The position numbers were made by a program, and so were the translations under genes. The notes under the pieces are model-generated. The model was not told the DNA's origin. It saw only the letters and a list, made by a program, of their open reading frames with translations, and did no database searches. Below are positions 34,102-45,060 of a stretch of DNA of 64,000 nt, in pieces. Numbering within the stretch: position 1 is the first letter of the stretch; each line of letters opens with the position of its first letter. Source of the stretch: Candidatus Omnitrophota bacterium. GTDB taxonomy: Bacteria; Omnitrophota; Gorgyraeia; Gorgyraeales; Gorgyraeaceae. The stretch lies in the NCBI GenBank assembly GCA_043814965.1, contig JBDRJN010000002.1, positions 39,984-103,983 on the forward strand, in the 5' to 3' direction.

Positions 34102-34695
34102 ATGATCATTCTTGCATCGCGCTCAAAACGTAGGTCGCAGATACTTTCATCTTGTGGGATCAAGCATAAGGTTGTGATAAGCAAGATCTCTGAAGACATA
34201 TCAGGAGTTTCTCCAAAAAATATCTCTATTAAGAATGCAAGGCTCAAGGCAGTAGATATTGCAATGGGTCTAAAAGATGGTTATGTAATAGGCGCTGACA
34301 CTGTGGTACAGTTGGGTAAAAATATAATAGGCAAGCCAAAGGACGCTAAACATGCAAAGAGCATGCTAAAAGAGATATCAGGTAAGAGTATAGCCGTATA
34401 TACAGGATTATGTGTAGTGGATGTAAAGAAAAAAAACTTGGTTTTAGGATGCGAGAGGTCAATTGTCAAAGTGAAAAAGATCAAAAATAGCGAGTTCTCC
34501 CGCACGCTTAAGCTTCTTGCGCCTTATGATAAAGCAGGCGGGTTTTCTATAGAAGGAGTAGGATCCATGATATTTGATGATATAAAAGGGTCGTATTTTA
34601 ATATATTGGGCCTTCCGATGATATTACTGAAAGATATGTTTAATATATTAGGCGTAGATCTGTTTAAATTTGTAAATAAAAAGGTAAAATGCTGA
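34102..34695 (+). CDS. maf: Maf-like nucleoside-triphosphate pyrophosphatase
   Basis: MIILASRSKRRSQIL..GADTVV..KP and a C-terminal GF.IEG motif. Confidence 0.75.
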   Translation: MIILASRSKRRSQILSSCGIKHKVVISKISEDISGVSPKNISIKNARLKAVDIAMGLKDGYVIGADTVVQLGKNIIGKPKDAKHAKSMLKEISGKSIAVYTGLCVVDVKKKNLVLGCERSIVKVKKIKNSEFSRTLKLLAPYDKAGGFSIEGVGSMIFDDIKGSYFNILGLPMILLKDMFNILGVDLFKFVNKKVKC

Positions 34696-35666
34696 ATCTA
34701 GTTTTTTTGATAGTAGTGGTCTTATTTTTCTCAGGTATATGTTCCATGGTAGAAGCAGCTATCCTGAGCCTGCCTTTAGTAAGGGCAAGGATGCTTTTTG
34801 ACCAAAAACGTAAAGGCTCAAAAGACCTGCTTTTTATAAAGGAAAATATCCATGTAGCTGTTGCTACAGTAGTAGTCCTTAATAATTCTATAAATATTAT
34901 AGGTTCTATTTTTGTAGGACAGCGTGTTACAAGGATCTTTGGAAATGAATGGCTTGGGATGTCCTCAGCCATACTTACATTTTTGATAATAGTCCTTGCA
35001 GAGGTGATCCCTAAGACCATAGGTGAGCATTATAAGATAGCTATATCTTTGATGAGCGCCAAGCCATTGAGAGGCGTAACATGGGCCCTAAAGCCTTTCA
35101 TAAGATTACTTATACTCACAGCCACTATTTTTAAAGGTAAAGTAGCTGTCCCTAAGGTAACTGAAGAAGAGATAAAGGCTATGCTTAAACTGGGCAGGGA
35201 CTCAGGTACTGTAGAAGTGGATGAGGAGAACCTTTGCAACAAGGTCTTTAAGCTTAATGATGTAAAAGCCCATCATATCATGAAACCAATCGACAAGATC
35301 TATGCATTGCCAGTTGAGAGCAAACTAGTAGACATAAAAGACTCTATATTGGATTCGCAGTATAGCAGGATCGCTGTATATGATAAGGATACATCCAATA
35401 TTGTAGGCACAACTCAGCAAAGGGTCCTTTTAAGGGAGATCGCAAAGGATAATTATGAGGCAAAGGTAAAAGATTTTATGACCAGGCCGATATTTGTAAA
35501 TGAGTTTGAAAAGGCAGATGACCTTCTCAGTAAATTCCAGGCTTACCACCAGCACCTTTTTATAGTAAGGAATAAGGACAATAAGAATATCGGTATAGTA
35601 TCCATGGAAGATGTCTTAGAAGAGCTATTCGGAGAGATATACGACGAAAAGGATAAAGTTACCTAA
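34689..35666 (+). CDS. CNNM/DUF21 transmembrane domain plus CBS-pair protein (CorC/HlyC-like)
   Basis: 4 N-terminal TM helices followed by two CBS-like segments. Overlaps maf by 7 nt. Confidence 0.7.
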   Translation: MLNLVFLIVVVLFFSGICSMVEAAILSLPLVRARMLFDQKRKGSKDLLFIKENIHVAVATVVVLNNSINIIGSIFVGQRVTRIFGNEWLGMSSAILTFLIIVLAEVIPKTIGEHYKIAISLMSAKPLRGVTWALKPFIRLLILTATIFKGKVAVPKVTEEEIKAMLKLGRDSGTVEVDEENLCNKVFKLNDVKAHHIMKPIDKIYALPVESKLVDIKDSILDSQYSRIAVYDKDTSNIVGTTQQRVLLREIAKDNYEAKVKDFMTRPIFVNEFEKADDLLSKFQAYHQHLFIVRNKDNKNIGIVSMEDVLEELFGEIYDEKDKVT

Positions 35667-36250
35667 TCTAAGAGTATTGCTTTTTTGATCTTCAAAGAAG
35701 CCTCTTTACTTACCAGCATCTCAACTATTTTTAGTGAAAATAAGATTGCTGTAGCAGGCCCCTGGCTTGTTATAATATTTCCATCTACAACAACAGCTTC
35801 ATTTTTATATGAGGTATCTTTATTAAAAGTATCCTCCATCCCGGGATAGCACGTTGCTCTTTTACCATTGAGTACTCCCAGCGGCGCGAGTACTACTGCG
35901 GGCGAGGCGCAGATCGCAGCGATAAGTTTTTCTTTTTTGTACATATTTTCTATCAATAAGGTTACTTTATCTGACCTGGAAAGATTTGTTGCGCCAGGCA
36001 TACCGCCAGGCAGTATCAATGCGTCAAAATCATCTCCTGCGCCGCTCAGTTTTTTATCAGCCAAGATCACTGTGTTACGCGATGCCTTGACCTTTATATC
36101 CCCTATGCTGGCTACAGTAAGGCCTATACCAGCTCTTCTTAAGATATCTATGACACTTACTGCCTCTATGTCTTCAAACCCCTCTGCAAGTATTATAATA
36201 GCTTTTTTATTCATAACCTTATTATAGTATAGAAACGTTTTCTGAGTCAA
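35663..36250 (-). CDS. DJ-1/PfpI family protein
   Basis: AIIILAEGFEDIEAVSVIDILRRAG with a nucleophile-elbow AICASP. Confidence 0.75.
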   Translation of the reverse strand: MTQKTFLYYNKVMNKKAIIILAEGFEDIEAVSVIDILRRAGIGLTVASIGDIKVKASRNTVILADKKLSGAGDDFDALILPGGMPGATNLSRSDKVTLLIENMYKKEKLIAAICASPAVVLAPLGVLNGKRATCYPGMEDTFNKDTSYKNEAVVVDGNIITSQGPATAILFSLKIVEMLVSKEASLKIKKAILLD

Positions 36251-36359
36251 TCGGGAAACAGTTTAGACAAGGTTGTATTTTTAAGGATTATAGGGTAAAC
36301 TTCTTCTATTAAACGTGTTATATGCTATATTTATCTTATTATAATATATAGAAAGGGTT

Positions 36360-36626
36360 ATGGTTGTGCAAAAGGCTTCCGATAAAGAGCTAAAACAAAG
36401 ATTACTTAATTTACTGGCAGATATCGCAAGAATGGATGTTAACGACATAGATGAAAATGCCAGCATAAGAGATGATCTCGGCTTAGACTCCGTATCTTCC
36501 GTAGAGATACTTGCCGCTGTAGAAACGAGACTTGATATAAATATAGATGAAGCAAAGGCTATGGATGTTGTCTCAGTTAAAGATCTGATAAATTTAGTAT
36601 TTGCTACACTGAAAGAAAAGACATGA
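36360..36626 (+). CDS. Acyl carrier protein-like (stand-alone)
   Basis: DLGLDSVSSVEILAAVETRLDINIDE matches the phosphopantetheine-attachment pattern (DSL/DSV). 88 aa. Confidence 0.65.
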   Translation: MVVQKASDKELKQRLLNLLADIARMDVNDIDENASIRDDLGLDSVSSVEILAAVETRLDINIDEAKAMDVVSVKDLINLVFATLKEKT

Positions 36627-37939
36627 AACTCGCTTTGATTTCTCCCAAAGGCAAAATCAGTAACAATCCCGCTTTTATAGATTTTTGGAACAGTTCAAAA
36701 GACATAGATTTCTATCGTAACCATTTTACAGGCTCCAGTTCAGGATTATTGATAATGGCATCTTTAACTCCCAAAGATTGGGAGATAGATCTTATAGATG
36801 AGAATCTTGAAGATATAAATTTCGATAAGGATTATGATCTTATTGGATTAGGTTCTATGACTCAACAGGCAACCAGGGCTTATGAAATAGCAGATAAATT
36901 TAGAAAAAAGGGCAGCAAAGTAGTGATGGGAGGAATACATGCTACTGTTTTATTCGAAGAAGCTAAGGAACATGTAGATAGCGTAGTGATTGGAGAAGGG
37001 GAAGAGATATGGCCTAACGTATTGTCCGATTTTATAGATAATAAATTAAAACCATACTATAAATCAGAAAGTTTTTTTGATTTAACTAAATCTCCTATTC
37101 CTAGATACGATTTATTAGATCCCAATAAATATAAAACAATATGGATACAGACTACGCGGGGATGCCCTATAGATTGTGAATTCTGCTGCGCTTCCAATGT
37201 ATATGGATCTAAATTTAGATACAAGACTGTTAATCAGATAGTAAAAGAACTAGAGAAGATAAAATCTATTTGGGGGAGAAAGGCATTGATCAATTTTGCA
37301 GATGACAATATGTTTGTTAATAAGAAATTTTCCAGTGAATTGATAGCAGAAATAAAAAGATTAAAGATAAGATGGTTTGCGCAGACAGATATATCTGTCT
37401 CTGATGATGAGGATTTTTTGACACTTCTTAAAGATAGTGGTTGTGCTATATTATTCGTAGGATTCGAAAGTCTTAATTATGACAATTTCAAGACTATGAA
37501 TAAGAGCAATAAGAAAGCAAAATATTTTAAAGATTATTCAAAGATTATTGCAAAAATACAAAGACACGGCATTGGTATAATGGGAAGTTTTATAGTAGGA
37601 TTTGATGGGGATGATGTGTCGGTTTTTGATAAGACAGCTAATTTTATAATAGAAAACGATTTATTTGCTACGCAGGCTACGGTGTTGACTCCTTTACCAG
37701 GCACAAGACTGCAAAAACGGCTTTCAAAGGAAAATAGGTTAATTGTTTCTAAATGGGATAATTATACATTTACGAATGTTAATTTTAAGCCAAATAAAAT
37801 GTCCATAAGTGAATTGGAAAAAGGATTATTGAATATTTATAAGAAAGTATATTCTCGAGAAGTCACTCTTAAAAAGACCCAATATTTTAGAAAGATATAT
37901 ATCGACTTGGAAAGGCAGAAGATAGATAGAGGTATTTAA
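36623..37939 (+). CDS. B12-binding (class B) radical SAM enzyme
   Basis: N-terminal B12-binding-like region. TRGCPIDCEFCCAS (CxxxCxxC). Overlaps the ACP stop by 4 nt. Confidence 0.8.
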   Translation: MKLALISPKGKISNNPAFIDFWNSSKDIDFYRNHFTGSSSGLLIMASLTPKDWEIDLIDENLEDINFDKDYDLIGLGSMTQQATRAYEIADKFRKKGSKVVMGGIHATVLFEEAKEHVDSVVIGEGEEIWPNVLSDFIDNKLKPYYKSESFFDLTKSPIPRYDLLDPNKYKTIWIQTTRGCPIDCEFCCASNVYGSKFRYKTVNQIVKELEKIKSIWGRKALINFADDNMFVNKKFSSELIAEIKRLKIRWFAQTDISVSDDEDFLTLLKDSGCAILFVGFESLNYDNFKTMNKSNKKAKYFKDYSKIIAKIQRHGIGIMGSFIVGFDGDDVSVFDKTANFIIENDLFATQATVLTPLPGTRLQKRLSKENRLIVSKWDNYTFTNVNFKPNKMSISELEKGLLNIYKKVYSREVTLKKTQYFRKIYIDLERQKIDRGI

Positions 37940-37940
37940 G

Positions 37941-40124
37941 ATGAATTTATACGCAGTCCCTCTTTTACTGGCTGGTCTTTTAATGTTTTTGAATGGTCTT
38001 TTTATATTCTGGAACAATAAAAAATCCGAAGTCAACATTGCTTTTGCATTATTTAATCTATCCTGCACTATATGGCTTTTTGGGTACTCTTCTGTTTATT
38101 ATTTTGCAAAGACAGAAGAAGTAGCGCTTAATCTGGTAAAATTTCTTTATATAGGTGTATTGTTTATTCCTAGTACTTTCTATCATTTTAATATAAAATT
38201 TTTGAAGATAGAGAGAAAGAAGATTTATATAAAACTTTTTTATTTGGCAAGTTTTGTGCTTGTAGGGTTGCTTTATGCAACACCTTATGTAATCTCAGGC
38301 GTATATAAGTATTTTTGGGGATATTATGCAAAGGGCTCTTTTTTACATACGTTATATCTGGGGCTTTTAGGTTTTTCTGTTTTTAGATGCTTATTTCTTT
38401 TATATGTAAATTCTGAAGCAAAAAAACAAAAAGAGCCTCTTGAATCTTTAAGAATAAAGTATATTTTCTGGGCTTTTACCATAGGGTTTATGGGCGGTTT
38501 TCAGGATTTTGTACCAAATTATGGTATTATAGAATTTTATCCATTAGGCTCTATATTTGTAGCTATAGCAGCATCTGTTATTGCCTACACTATAATACAT
38601 TTGCACCTACTTGATATTAAACTAGTTTTTACCCGAGCCGGGATATTAACTCTAGTATATGCTCTTGTATTAGGCATTCCTTTTGGATTAGGAGCATTTA
38701 TAAACAAGGCTGAAGTTTATAGACTGTGGTTTTTACCAATGATATTAATGGCTGTTTTAGCTACAGCAGGCCCTTTTATATACCGCCGCTTACAGCAGAA
38801 AGCAGAAGATATATTATTAGCCAAGCAGAAACACTACCAAAGGCTCCTTCTCCAGGCAGGAGAAGGGATGGTAAGAGAGCATAACTTAGATAAGCTCCTT
38901 AACTTAATAGTGCATATTGTAAAAAAGGCAGTAAAAATTAAGTTTGCAGCTATATTTTTTCATGATAAAGCTAATAAGGCCTATACGCTAAAGGCTGTAA
39001 GAGACCATAAGGCCATTTCTCCTGATATAGCCTTAAAGGAAGATTCTTCTCTGATAAAATATATTAAGATAAGAGAAGGCCCTTTTCTCTCTGAAGAGAT
39101 GCCTTATGGTCTAAGGAAGCCACTGCAGGAGAAATTAAACTCTTCTTTTGATTTAATCGTCCCTTCTCTTATTGAAGACAGGATGTTAGGGTTCTTGATC
39201 CTGGGCCAAAAACTGAATAAGACTACTTATACCCAGGATGACATAAATGTATTTAATATCCTTTCTCATCAGACAGCCTTAGCTGTAGATTACTGTGTGT
39301 TCTTAGAAGAATTCAAAAAGAGCCAGCAAAGACTTTTCACCGCTGAAAAACTAGCTTCTATCGGAGGCATGGCATCAGGAGTAGCTCATCAGATAAGGAA
39401 CCGTTTAGGAGTATTCAGCGCCCATGCAGGAACGCAGGAGCTCGAGATACAGGATTTTATTGAAAAGCACCCTGATCTTATAATCAAGTACCCTGATCTT
39501 AAAAAAACCTTTGACCGCCTGATAGAAGAGGCAGGAGATATACAAGATAATGTCCAGAGAGCAGGTAAGCTCATAAAAGGTATTTTAGATTTTGCAGGCA
39601 CACAGGAAAGGGAGATATCTTTTTCATTTTTCCCTTTACAGGAGACTATAGATCTTTCAATATCTCCTCTTAGAGCAAAACATTCTATATCCGATGATTT
39701 CCCATTAGAGATAAGGACTGAAAACACTAATACTATTATTTATGCGTCCAAAGGACAGATGGCTGAAGTAATATTTAACTTTATAGATAATAGCTATGAA
39801 GCTATTATGGAGAAGATAAATCTTTGCTTGAATGAAGATGAGAAGGCAGCATTTAAGCCTTTTATTGAAATAAAGCTAAAAGAGACAGAAGCCTCTTTTA
39901 TAATCCAGATTTCAGACAATGGGATTGGCATGAAAGAAGAGGATAAATTAAGGATATTCTCGCCTTATTTTACTACAAAGATCTCTACCATATCAGGCAC
40001 AGGCATTGGCATGTTTGTAGTAAAAAGGATAATAGAGGAAAATCATAGAGGCAAAATATGGTTTGAATCTACATATATGAAAGGAACAACTTTCTTTATA
40101 GAGCTTCCTAAAAAGAAAGGATAA
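37941..40124 (+). CDS. Membrane sensor histidine kinase (multi-TM sensor, GAF-like, HisKA, HATPase_c)
   Basis: About 8 N-terminal TM helices. H-box ASGVAHQIRNRLGV. ATPase motifs ISDNGIGM and GTGIGM. Confidence 0.75.
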   Translation: MNLYAVPLLLAGLLMFLNGLFIFWNNKKSEVNIAFALFNLSCTIWLFGYSSVYYFAKTEEVALNLVKFLYIGVLFIPSTFYHFNIKFLKIERKKIYIKLFYLASFVLVGLLYATPYVISGVYKYFWGYYAKGSFLHTLYLGLLGFSVFRCLFLLYVNSEAKKQKEPLESLRIKYIFWAFTIGFMGGFQDFVPNYGIIEFYPLGSIFVAIAASVIAYTIIHLHLLDIKLVFTRAGILTLVYALVLGIPFGLGAFINKAEVYRLWFLPMILMAVLATAGPFIYRRLQQKAEDILLAKQKHYQRLLLQAGEGMVREHNLDKLLNLIVHIVKKAVKIKFAAIFFHDKANKAYTLKAVRDHKAISPDIALKEDSSLIKYIKIREGPFLSEEMPYGLRKPLQEKLNSSFDLIVPSLIEDRMLGFLILGQKLNKTTYTQDDINVFNILSHQTALAVDYCVFLEEFKKSQQRLFTAEKLASIGGMASGVAHQIRNRLGVFSAHAGTQELEIQDFIEKHPDLIIKYPDLKKTFDRLIEEAGDIQDNVQRAGKLIKGILDFAGTQEREISFSFFPLQETIDLSISPLRAKHSISDDFPLEIRTENTNTIIYASKGQMAEVIFNFIDNSYEAIMEKINLCLNEDEKAAFKPFIEIKLKETEASFIIQISDNGIGMKEEDKLRIFSPYFTTKISTISGTGIGMFVVKRIIEENHRGKIWFESTYMKGTTFFIELPKKKG

Positions 40125-40128
40125 TTTA

Positions 40129-40494
40129 ATGAAGGCTATTTTAATTGTTGATGATGAAAAAGAATTAATAGGGTATCTTTCCATGTTTATAGAAAGAAAA
40201 GGTTTTAAAGCCTTAACTGCTTCTACAGGAGAAAAAGGAATAGAACTCTATAAAGAAAATCTGCCAATCTGCGTATTTTTAGATCTGCATCTTCCCAAGA
40301 TGGACGGCATTACTGTATTGAAGAAAATAAAAGAAATAAACCCTGATCCATGCGTTTATCTAGTTACAGGGGATGACAGCCCTGAACTTCGCCAAAAAGG
40401 AGAACAGCTTGGGATAAAAGGTTATCTCTTGAAACCTTTAGATATAAGAATTATTATAAAGATACTGGATGACCTGAAAAAAGAAGGAGTTTAG
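40129..40494 (+). CDS. Single-domain response regulator (receiver only)
   Basis: ILIVDDE..DLHLPKMDG..K receiver motifs. 121 aa. Confidence 0.75.
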   Translation: MKAILIVDDEKELIGYLSMFIERKGFKALTASTGEKGIELYKENLPICVFLDLHLPKMDGITVLKKIKEINPDPCVYLVTGDDSPELRQKGEQLGIKGYLLKPLDIRIIIKILDDLKKEGV

Positions 40495-40498
40495 CTTT

Positions 40499-40759
40499 AT
40501 GAAAGAAATAAGGATGGGTTTTCATGATCTGGCTAATAAACTTAATAAGGTCTCTATTGAAGGAGGCTCAGTCGTAGAGATCGCCAAACTAAAAGATATT
40601 GATAAGATGAGTCCTGAAGAGCTAAAGAAAGAGCTTAAAAAAGCTCTTGATACCCTTTCTAACGCAGTAGACTATGCCCTCGAAGCAGGAACGCTTCTAA
40701 GTAACCTTAAAAAGACTATCTATAAAGAGTTTAATATAGATACAACAGAATCCATATAA
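40499..40759 (+). CDS. Hypothetical protein
   Basis: 86-aa ORF tightly following the RR. No recognisable family. Confidence 0.35.
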   Translation: MKEIRMGFHDLANKLNKVSIEGGSVVEIAKLKDIDKMSPEELKKELKKALDTLSNAVDYALEAGTLLSNLKKTIYKEFNIDTTESI

Positions 40760-40787
40760 TAGGACTTTAACCAGAAAGGACTAACTC

Positions 40788-41075
40788 ATGGCAGGCTTAT
40801 TTTTTAAAAGACGCAAGGCTAAACCGGTAGATGAAGATGTCTTTATTAAAGTAAGGTCCATTCTTGCTAAACAAGCTAACATACATGAAGATAAAATTAC
40901 TCTTGAGACAAGATTAATCGATGATATGAATATTGACTCACTCCAGAGTATAAAGCTTGTTATAGAGCTTGAAGAAGTTTTTGATATAGAGATACCGGAT
41001 GAGGATGCTGAGAAGGCGCTCACAGTAAGAGACATTGATTCCTATATAACCGCCAAACTTAAAGAACAGAAGTAA
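40788..41075 (+). CDS. Acyl carrier protein-like (second stand-alone copy)
   Basis: DMNIDSLQSIKLVIELEEVFDIEIPDEDAE matches the ACP helix II-III pattern. Confidence 0.6.
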   Translation: MAGLFFKRRKAKPVDEDVFIKVRSILAKQANIHEDKITLETRLIDDMNIDSLQSIKLVIELEEVFDIEIPDEDAEKALTVRDIDSYITAKLKEQK

Positions 41076-41170
41076 TCCCTATCATGTGTTTAATGGAGCC
41101 GATAGATTCCTTTCAATAACAGAAAAAGGGCGGTTTCCTTCTCGGCTTGGAAAACGTCTCTGGTTTTTTC

Positions 41171-41199
41171 TTGACATGGTACGAATTTATGTTAATATA
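41171..41199 (+). promoter_or_regulatory. Candidate sigma-70 promoter of pflBA
   Basis: TTGACA (41171-41176), 16-17 nt spacer, TAATAT/AATATA (41193-41199). This would give a leader of about 200 nt. Confidence 0.45.
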
Positions 41200-41311
41200 A
41201 AGATACAAAATTAAATATCCCGCGCAACTGGTGTCTTACATGGGAAACCATGAGGAAGCGCGTAAAAAATAAACGGTAAATCGTCCACCTGGGTTTTATA
41301 ACCCGGGTTTT

Positions 41312-41346
41312 TTGTTTTTAGGCAACATAAAGTTGCCTAAAAACAA
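41312..41346 (+). promoter_or_regulatory. 15-bp perfect-stem hairpin in the pfl leader
   Basis: ttgtttttaggcaac pairs with gttgcctaaaaacaa around loop ATAAA. It is preceded by the AACCCGGGTT mini-palindrome. No U-tract follows, so it is not a simple terminator. Confidence 0.5.
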
Positions 41347-41405
41347 TCCCGAGCCGCTTTTGTATGATACTATGTGGCGAGGGATAAAGAAAGGTAAGGT
41401 GCGAT

Positions 41406-43616
41406 ATGTTTACAAGAGGAAGATGGGACAAGACGATCGATGTAAGGGATTTTATCAATCGTAATTACACTCCTTATGACGGAGACAGTTCTTTTTTGAA
41501 AGGCCCTACAGAGCGCACAAAAAGACTCTGGGCAAAATGCCTGGAACTTTTTGAAGAAGAAAGAAAACGCGGCGGAGTCCTGGATATAGATACATCTACT
41601 GTCTCGACCATCGCAAGCCATAAGGCCGGATATATTGATAAAAAACTGGAGATAATAAAGGGCCTGCAGACAGATAAGCCTTTAAAAAGGGCAATAAAAC
41701 CGCTGGGCGGTATAAAGATAGTCGAGAAAGCCTGCAAGGACTATGGGTATAGCCTTGATAAAAAAGTAAAGGATATCTACCTAAAATATAGAAAAACACA
41801 TAATGACGCTGTATTTGATGCTTATACAGAGGATATATTGAGGGCCCGCCGCAATGGCCTTATAACAGGGCTCCCTGACAATTATTCAAGGGGAAGGATA
41901 ATAGGGGACTATAGGAGAGTCGCTCTTTATGGTATAGATAGGTTGATAGATTCCAAGAAAAAATATAAAAGGATACTTGAGGACTATTCTACTAATGAAG
42001 CTCTCCAGCTCAGGGAAGAGATAGCGGATCAGATCACAGCGTTAAATGAAATGAAAGAACTTGGCAGTATCTATGGATTTGATATCTCAAAACCAGCTAA
42101 AGACGCTAAAGAGGCAATACAGTGGACATATTTCGGGTATCTAGCAGCTATAAAAGAGCAGGATGGAGCTGCGATGAGCCTGGGGAGTGTAAGTAATTTC
42201 TTCGATGTATTTGTAGAAAGGGATATCCAGAATCACAGATTGACAGAGGATGAAGCGCAGGAACTGATAGATGATTTTGTGATAAAGCTGAGGCTTGTAA
42301 GGCAGTTAAGGACAAAGGCCTACACTGATATCTTTGCAGGAGATCCTGTATGGGTGACTGAAGCGATAGGAGGCATGACAATAGATGGAAGGCACAAGGT
42401 CACAAAATCATCCTTTAGGTTTTTACAGACCCTCTTCAATCTTGGGCCATCGCCTGAGCCGAATCTAACTATACTTTGGTCAAATAGGCTGCCAGAAAAC
42501 TTTAAGAAATTCTGCAGTTTTACCTCTATAAAGACAAGCTCCATACAGTATGAAAATGACGACCTTATGAGGATGATGGGAGGCGATGACTATAGTATTT
42601 CCTGCTGTGTATCGCTTTTAAAAAATGGGAGCGAGATGCAGTATTTTGGCGCAAGATGCAACCTGGCAAAAGTACTTTTATACGCGCTTAATAGAGGCAG
42701 AGATGAAGTGACTGGCGAAAAAGTAGTCCCTAATATCGCGCCTATCTTATCTGACCCGTTTGATTTTAACGAAGTAAAAGAAAGGTTCCACCAGGTATTG
42801 CGCTGGACCATTAATACTTATGTAGAGGCTCTCAATATAATACACTCTATGCATGATAAATATTATTACGAGAGGGCTCAGATGGCGCTTCTGGACAGTG
42901 AACTTACCAGATATATGGCATTTGGTGTAGCTGGGTTAAGCGTGGCAGCGGATTCCTTGAGCGCGATAAGATACGCAAAAGTAAAACCCGTCAGAAATAA
43001 AAAAGGAGTTGCAATCGACTTTAATGTAAAGGGCGATTTTCCTAAATTCGGCAATGATGATGATAGAGTAGACGGGAGAGCAGTGGATCTCGTGACAAGT
43101 TTTCTGGGAGAATTAAAAAAACACCCTCTTCACAGAAACTCTATACCAGCTATCTCTATACTTACTATAACTTCCAATGTCATGTATGGCAAAAAGACTG
43201 GCGCGACCCCTGACGGAAGAAAAAAGGGCGACCCATTTGCGCCAGGAGCCAGCCCTATGCATGGAAGAGATGAAAACGGCATTATAGCCAGCCTTAATTC
43301 AGTCGCAGGCCTTCCTTATAGCGAGTGCAGGGATGGTATCTCGAACACTTTTACTGTAATACCATCCATATTAGGCAAGCTGGAAGAAGAAAGAATAGAT
43401 AATCTGTCGCATTTACTGGAAGGTTATTTTACAAAAGGCGCTCATCACCTCAATGTAAATGTGATAGACAAAGATACATTAAAAGACGCAATAAAAAATC
43501 CACATAAATACCCTCAGCTTACAATAAGGGTATCAGGATACGCGGTTCACTTCAGTAAATTGTCGTTAGAGCAGCAAAAAGAAGTTCTATCAAGGACATT
43601 CCATGAAAACATGTAA
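41406..43616 (+). CDS. pflB: Pyruvate formate-lyase (formate C-acetyltransferase)
   Basis: 736 aa. C-terminal glycyl-radical motif [11 protein letters not shown]. Overall PFL-like. Confidence 0.9.
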   Translation: MFTRGRWDKTIDVRDFINRNYTPYDGDSSFLKGPTERTKRLWAKCLELFEEERKRGGVLDIDTSTVSTIASHKAGYIDKKLEIIKGLQTDKPLKRAIKPLGGIKIVEKACKDYGYSLDKKVKDIYLKYRKTHNDAVFDAYTEDILRARRNGLITGLPDNYSRGRIIGDYRRVALYGIDRLIDSKKKYKRILEDYSTNEALQLREEIADQITALNEMKELGSIYGFDISKPAKDAKEAIQWTYFGYLAAIKEQDGAAMSLGSVSNFFDVFVERDIQNHRLTEDEAQELIDDFVIKLRLVRQLRTKAYTDIFAGDPVWVTEAIGGMTIDGRHKVTKSSFRFLQTLFNLGPSPEPNLTILWSNRLPENFKKFCSFTSIKTSSIQYENDDLMRMMGGDDYSISCCVSLLKNGSEMQYFGARCNLAKVLLYALNRGRDEVTGEKVVPNIAPILSDPFDFNEVKERFHQVLRWTINTYVEALNIIHSMHDKYYYERAQMALLDSELTRYMAFGVAGLSVAADSLSAIRYAKVKPVRNKKGVAIDFNVKGDFPKFGNDDDRVDGRAVDLVTSFLGELKKHPLHRNSIPAISILTITSNVMYGKKTGATPDGRKKGDPFAPGASPMHGRDENGIIASLNSVAGLPYSECRDGISNTFTVIPSILGKLEEERIDNLSHLLEGYFTKGAHHLNVNVIDKDTLKDAIKNPHKYPQLTIRVSGYAVHFSKLSLEQQKEVLSRTFHENM

Positions 43617-44346
43617 AGATCGTGATAATAGTTCAGGAAGGATCCATTCTTTTGAAAGCTTCAGTACGCTGGACGGGCCAGGCATAAGGTATGTTGTATT
43701 TATGCAGGGGTGCCTTGGAAGGTGCATCTATTGCCAGAACCCAGATACCTGGAAACTTAACGCCGGTGATCTATATACGGCTAAAGAGGTGTTCCATAAA
43801 ATAGAAAAGTGTATTCCCTATATGGCTTCATCTAATGGAGGGGTGACGCTTTCAGGCGGAGAGCCGCTGTTACAGCCTGATTTTATAATAGAGCTGTTTA
43901 AGTTGTGCAGGGCTAGTTCTATCCATACTACGATAGACACAAGCGCTTTTTATGCTAAGTCCCTATCCAAAGAAAAACTAGATAAGATAACAGCTCTTAC
44001 TGGCCTATTTATGGTTGATTTAAAAGCCTCTTCTAAAAAACTGCATAAGGATATAACAGGGAGAGAGATGGGAGAAGCAGTCTCTTTTATAGAAGATCTG
44101 GAAGAAAAAAAGAAGCCTTACTGGATCAGGTATGTGCTTGTACCTGGTTTAAATGATTCAGAAAAAGATATATCAGGTTTAAAAGAGATATTAAGTACTC
44201 TTAGATATTGCAAGAATTTTGAGTTCTTGCCATATCACACGCTCGGTAACCACAAGTGGAGCCACCTAGGATTAAAGTATAGACTCAAAGACACCCCGCC
44301 TGCCGCCAAAGAAGACATCAAAAAAGCTGAAAAATTATTAAGTTAA
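43603..44346 (+). CDS. pflA: Pyruvate formate-lyase activating enzyme (radical SAM)
   Basis: [15 protein letters not shown] (CxxxCxxC). Overlaps the pflB stop. Confidence 0.85.
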   Translation: MKTCKDRDNSSGRIHSFESFSTLDGPGIRYVVFMQGCLGRCIYCQNPDTWKLNAGDLYTAKEVFHKIEKCIPYMASSNGGVTLSGGEPLLQPDFIIELFKLCRASSIHTTIDTSAFYAKSLSKEKLDKITALTGLFMVDLKASSKKLHKDITGREMGEAVSFIEDLEEKKKPYWIRYVLVPGLNDSEKDISGLKEILSTLRYCKNFEFLPYHTLGNHKWSHLGLKYRLKDTPPAAKEDIKKAEKLLS

Positions 44347-44390
44347 AATAAGTTTATTTTATTCTATTTTAATGTATAATCAGTAATTAT

Positions 44391-45059
44391 ATGAAGGTAC
44401 TTCTTGTGGAAGATGAAAAGAAGATAGCCAGCTTTATCAATAGAGGCCTTAAGGAAGAGCATTATGCCGTAGATATAGCATATGACGGGGAAGAGGGCCT
44501 TTTTTTAGCCAAGGCCAATGTATATGACCTCGTAATACTTGATGTGATGCTTCCAAAAAAAGACGGGATAACATTATGCAGGGAACTTAGGCATAGCAAG
44601 ATTGATGTCCCGATATTGATGCTGACAGCAAAGGACAGGATCATCGATAAGGTCTCCGGATTAGATGCTGGAGCGGATGATTATCTTACAAAGCCTTTTT
44701 CATTTCAGGAGTTTTTAGCCAGGATCAGGTCTTTACTCAGGAGAAAAAGGGATGAAAAGGTAAATCTGCTTAAAGTAGGGGATTTGGAGCTTGACCAATT
44801 GACCCACAAGGTAAAGAGACAGGACAAAGAAATATCGCTTACCAGCAAAGAATACGCTCTCCTCGAGTATCTTATGCTCAATGCTGATCAGATCGTCACC
44901 AGGACAATGATCTCGGAACATGTATGGAATGAAGATTTTGACAGTTTTACCAATGTTATAGATGTCTATGTAAACTATCTTCGGAATAAAATAGATTCTG
45001 ATTTCAAAAAAAAGCTTATCCATACTATCCGCGGCGCAGGGTATATAATAAAAGATTAA
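44391..45059 (+). CDS. OmpR-family response regulator
   Basis: Receiver (MKVLLVEDE..D..K) plus a winged-helix output domain (TIRGAGY). Confidence 0.85.
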   Translation: MKVLLVEDEKKIASFINRGLKEEHYAVDIAYDGEEGLFLAKANVYDLVILDVMLPKKDGITLCRELRHSKIDVPILMLTAKDRIIDKVSGLDAGADDYLTKPFSFQEFLARIRSLLRRKRDEKVNLLKVGDLELDQLTHKVKRQDKEISLTSKEYALLEYLMLNADQIVTRTMISEHVWNEDFDSFTNVIDVYVNYLRNKIDSDFKKKLIHTIRGAGYIIKD

Positions 45060-45060
45060 T

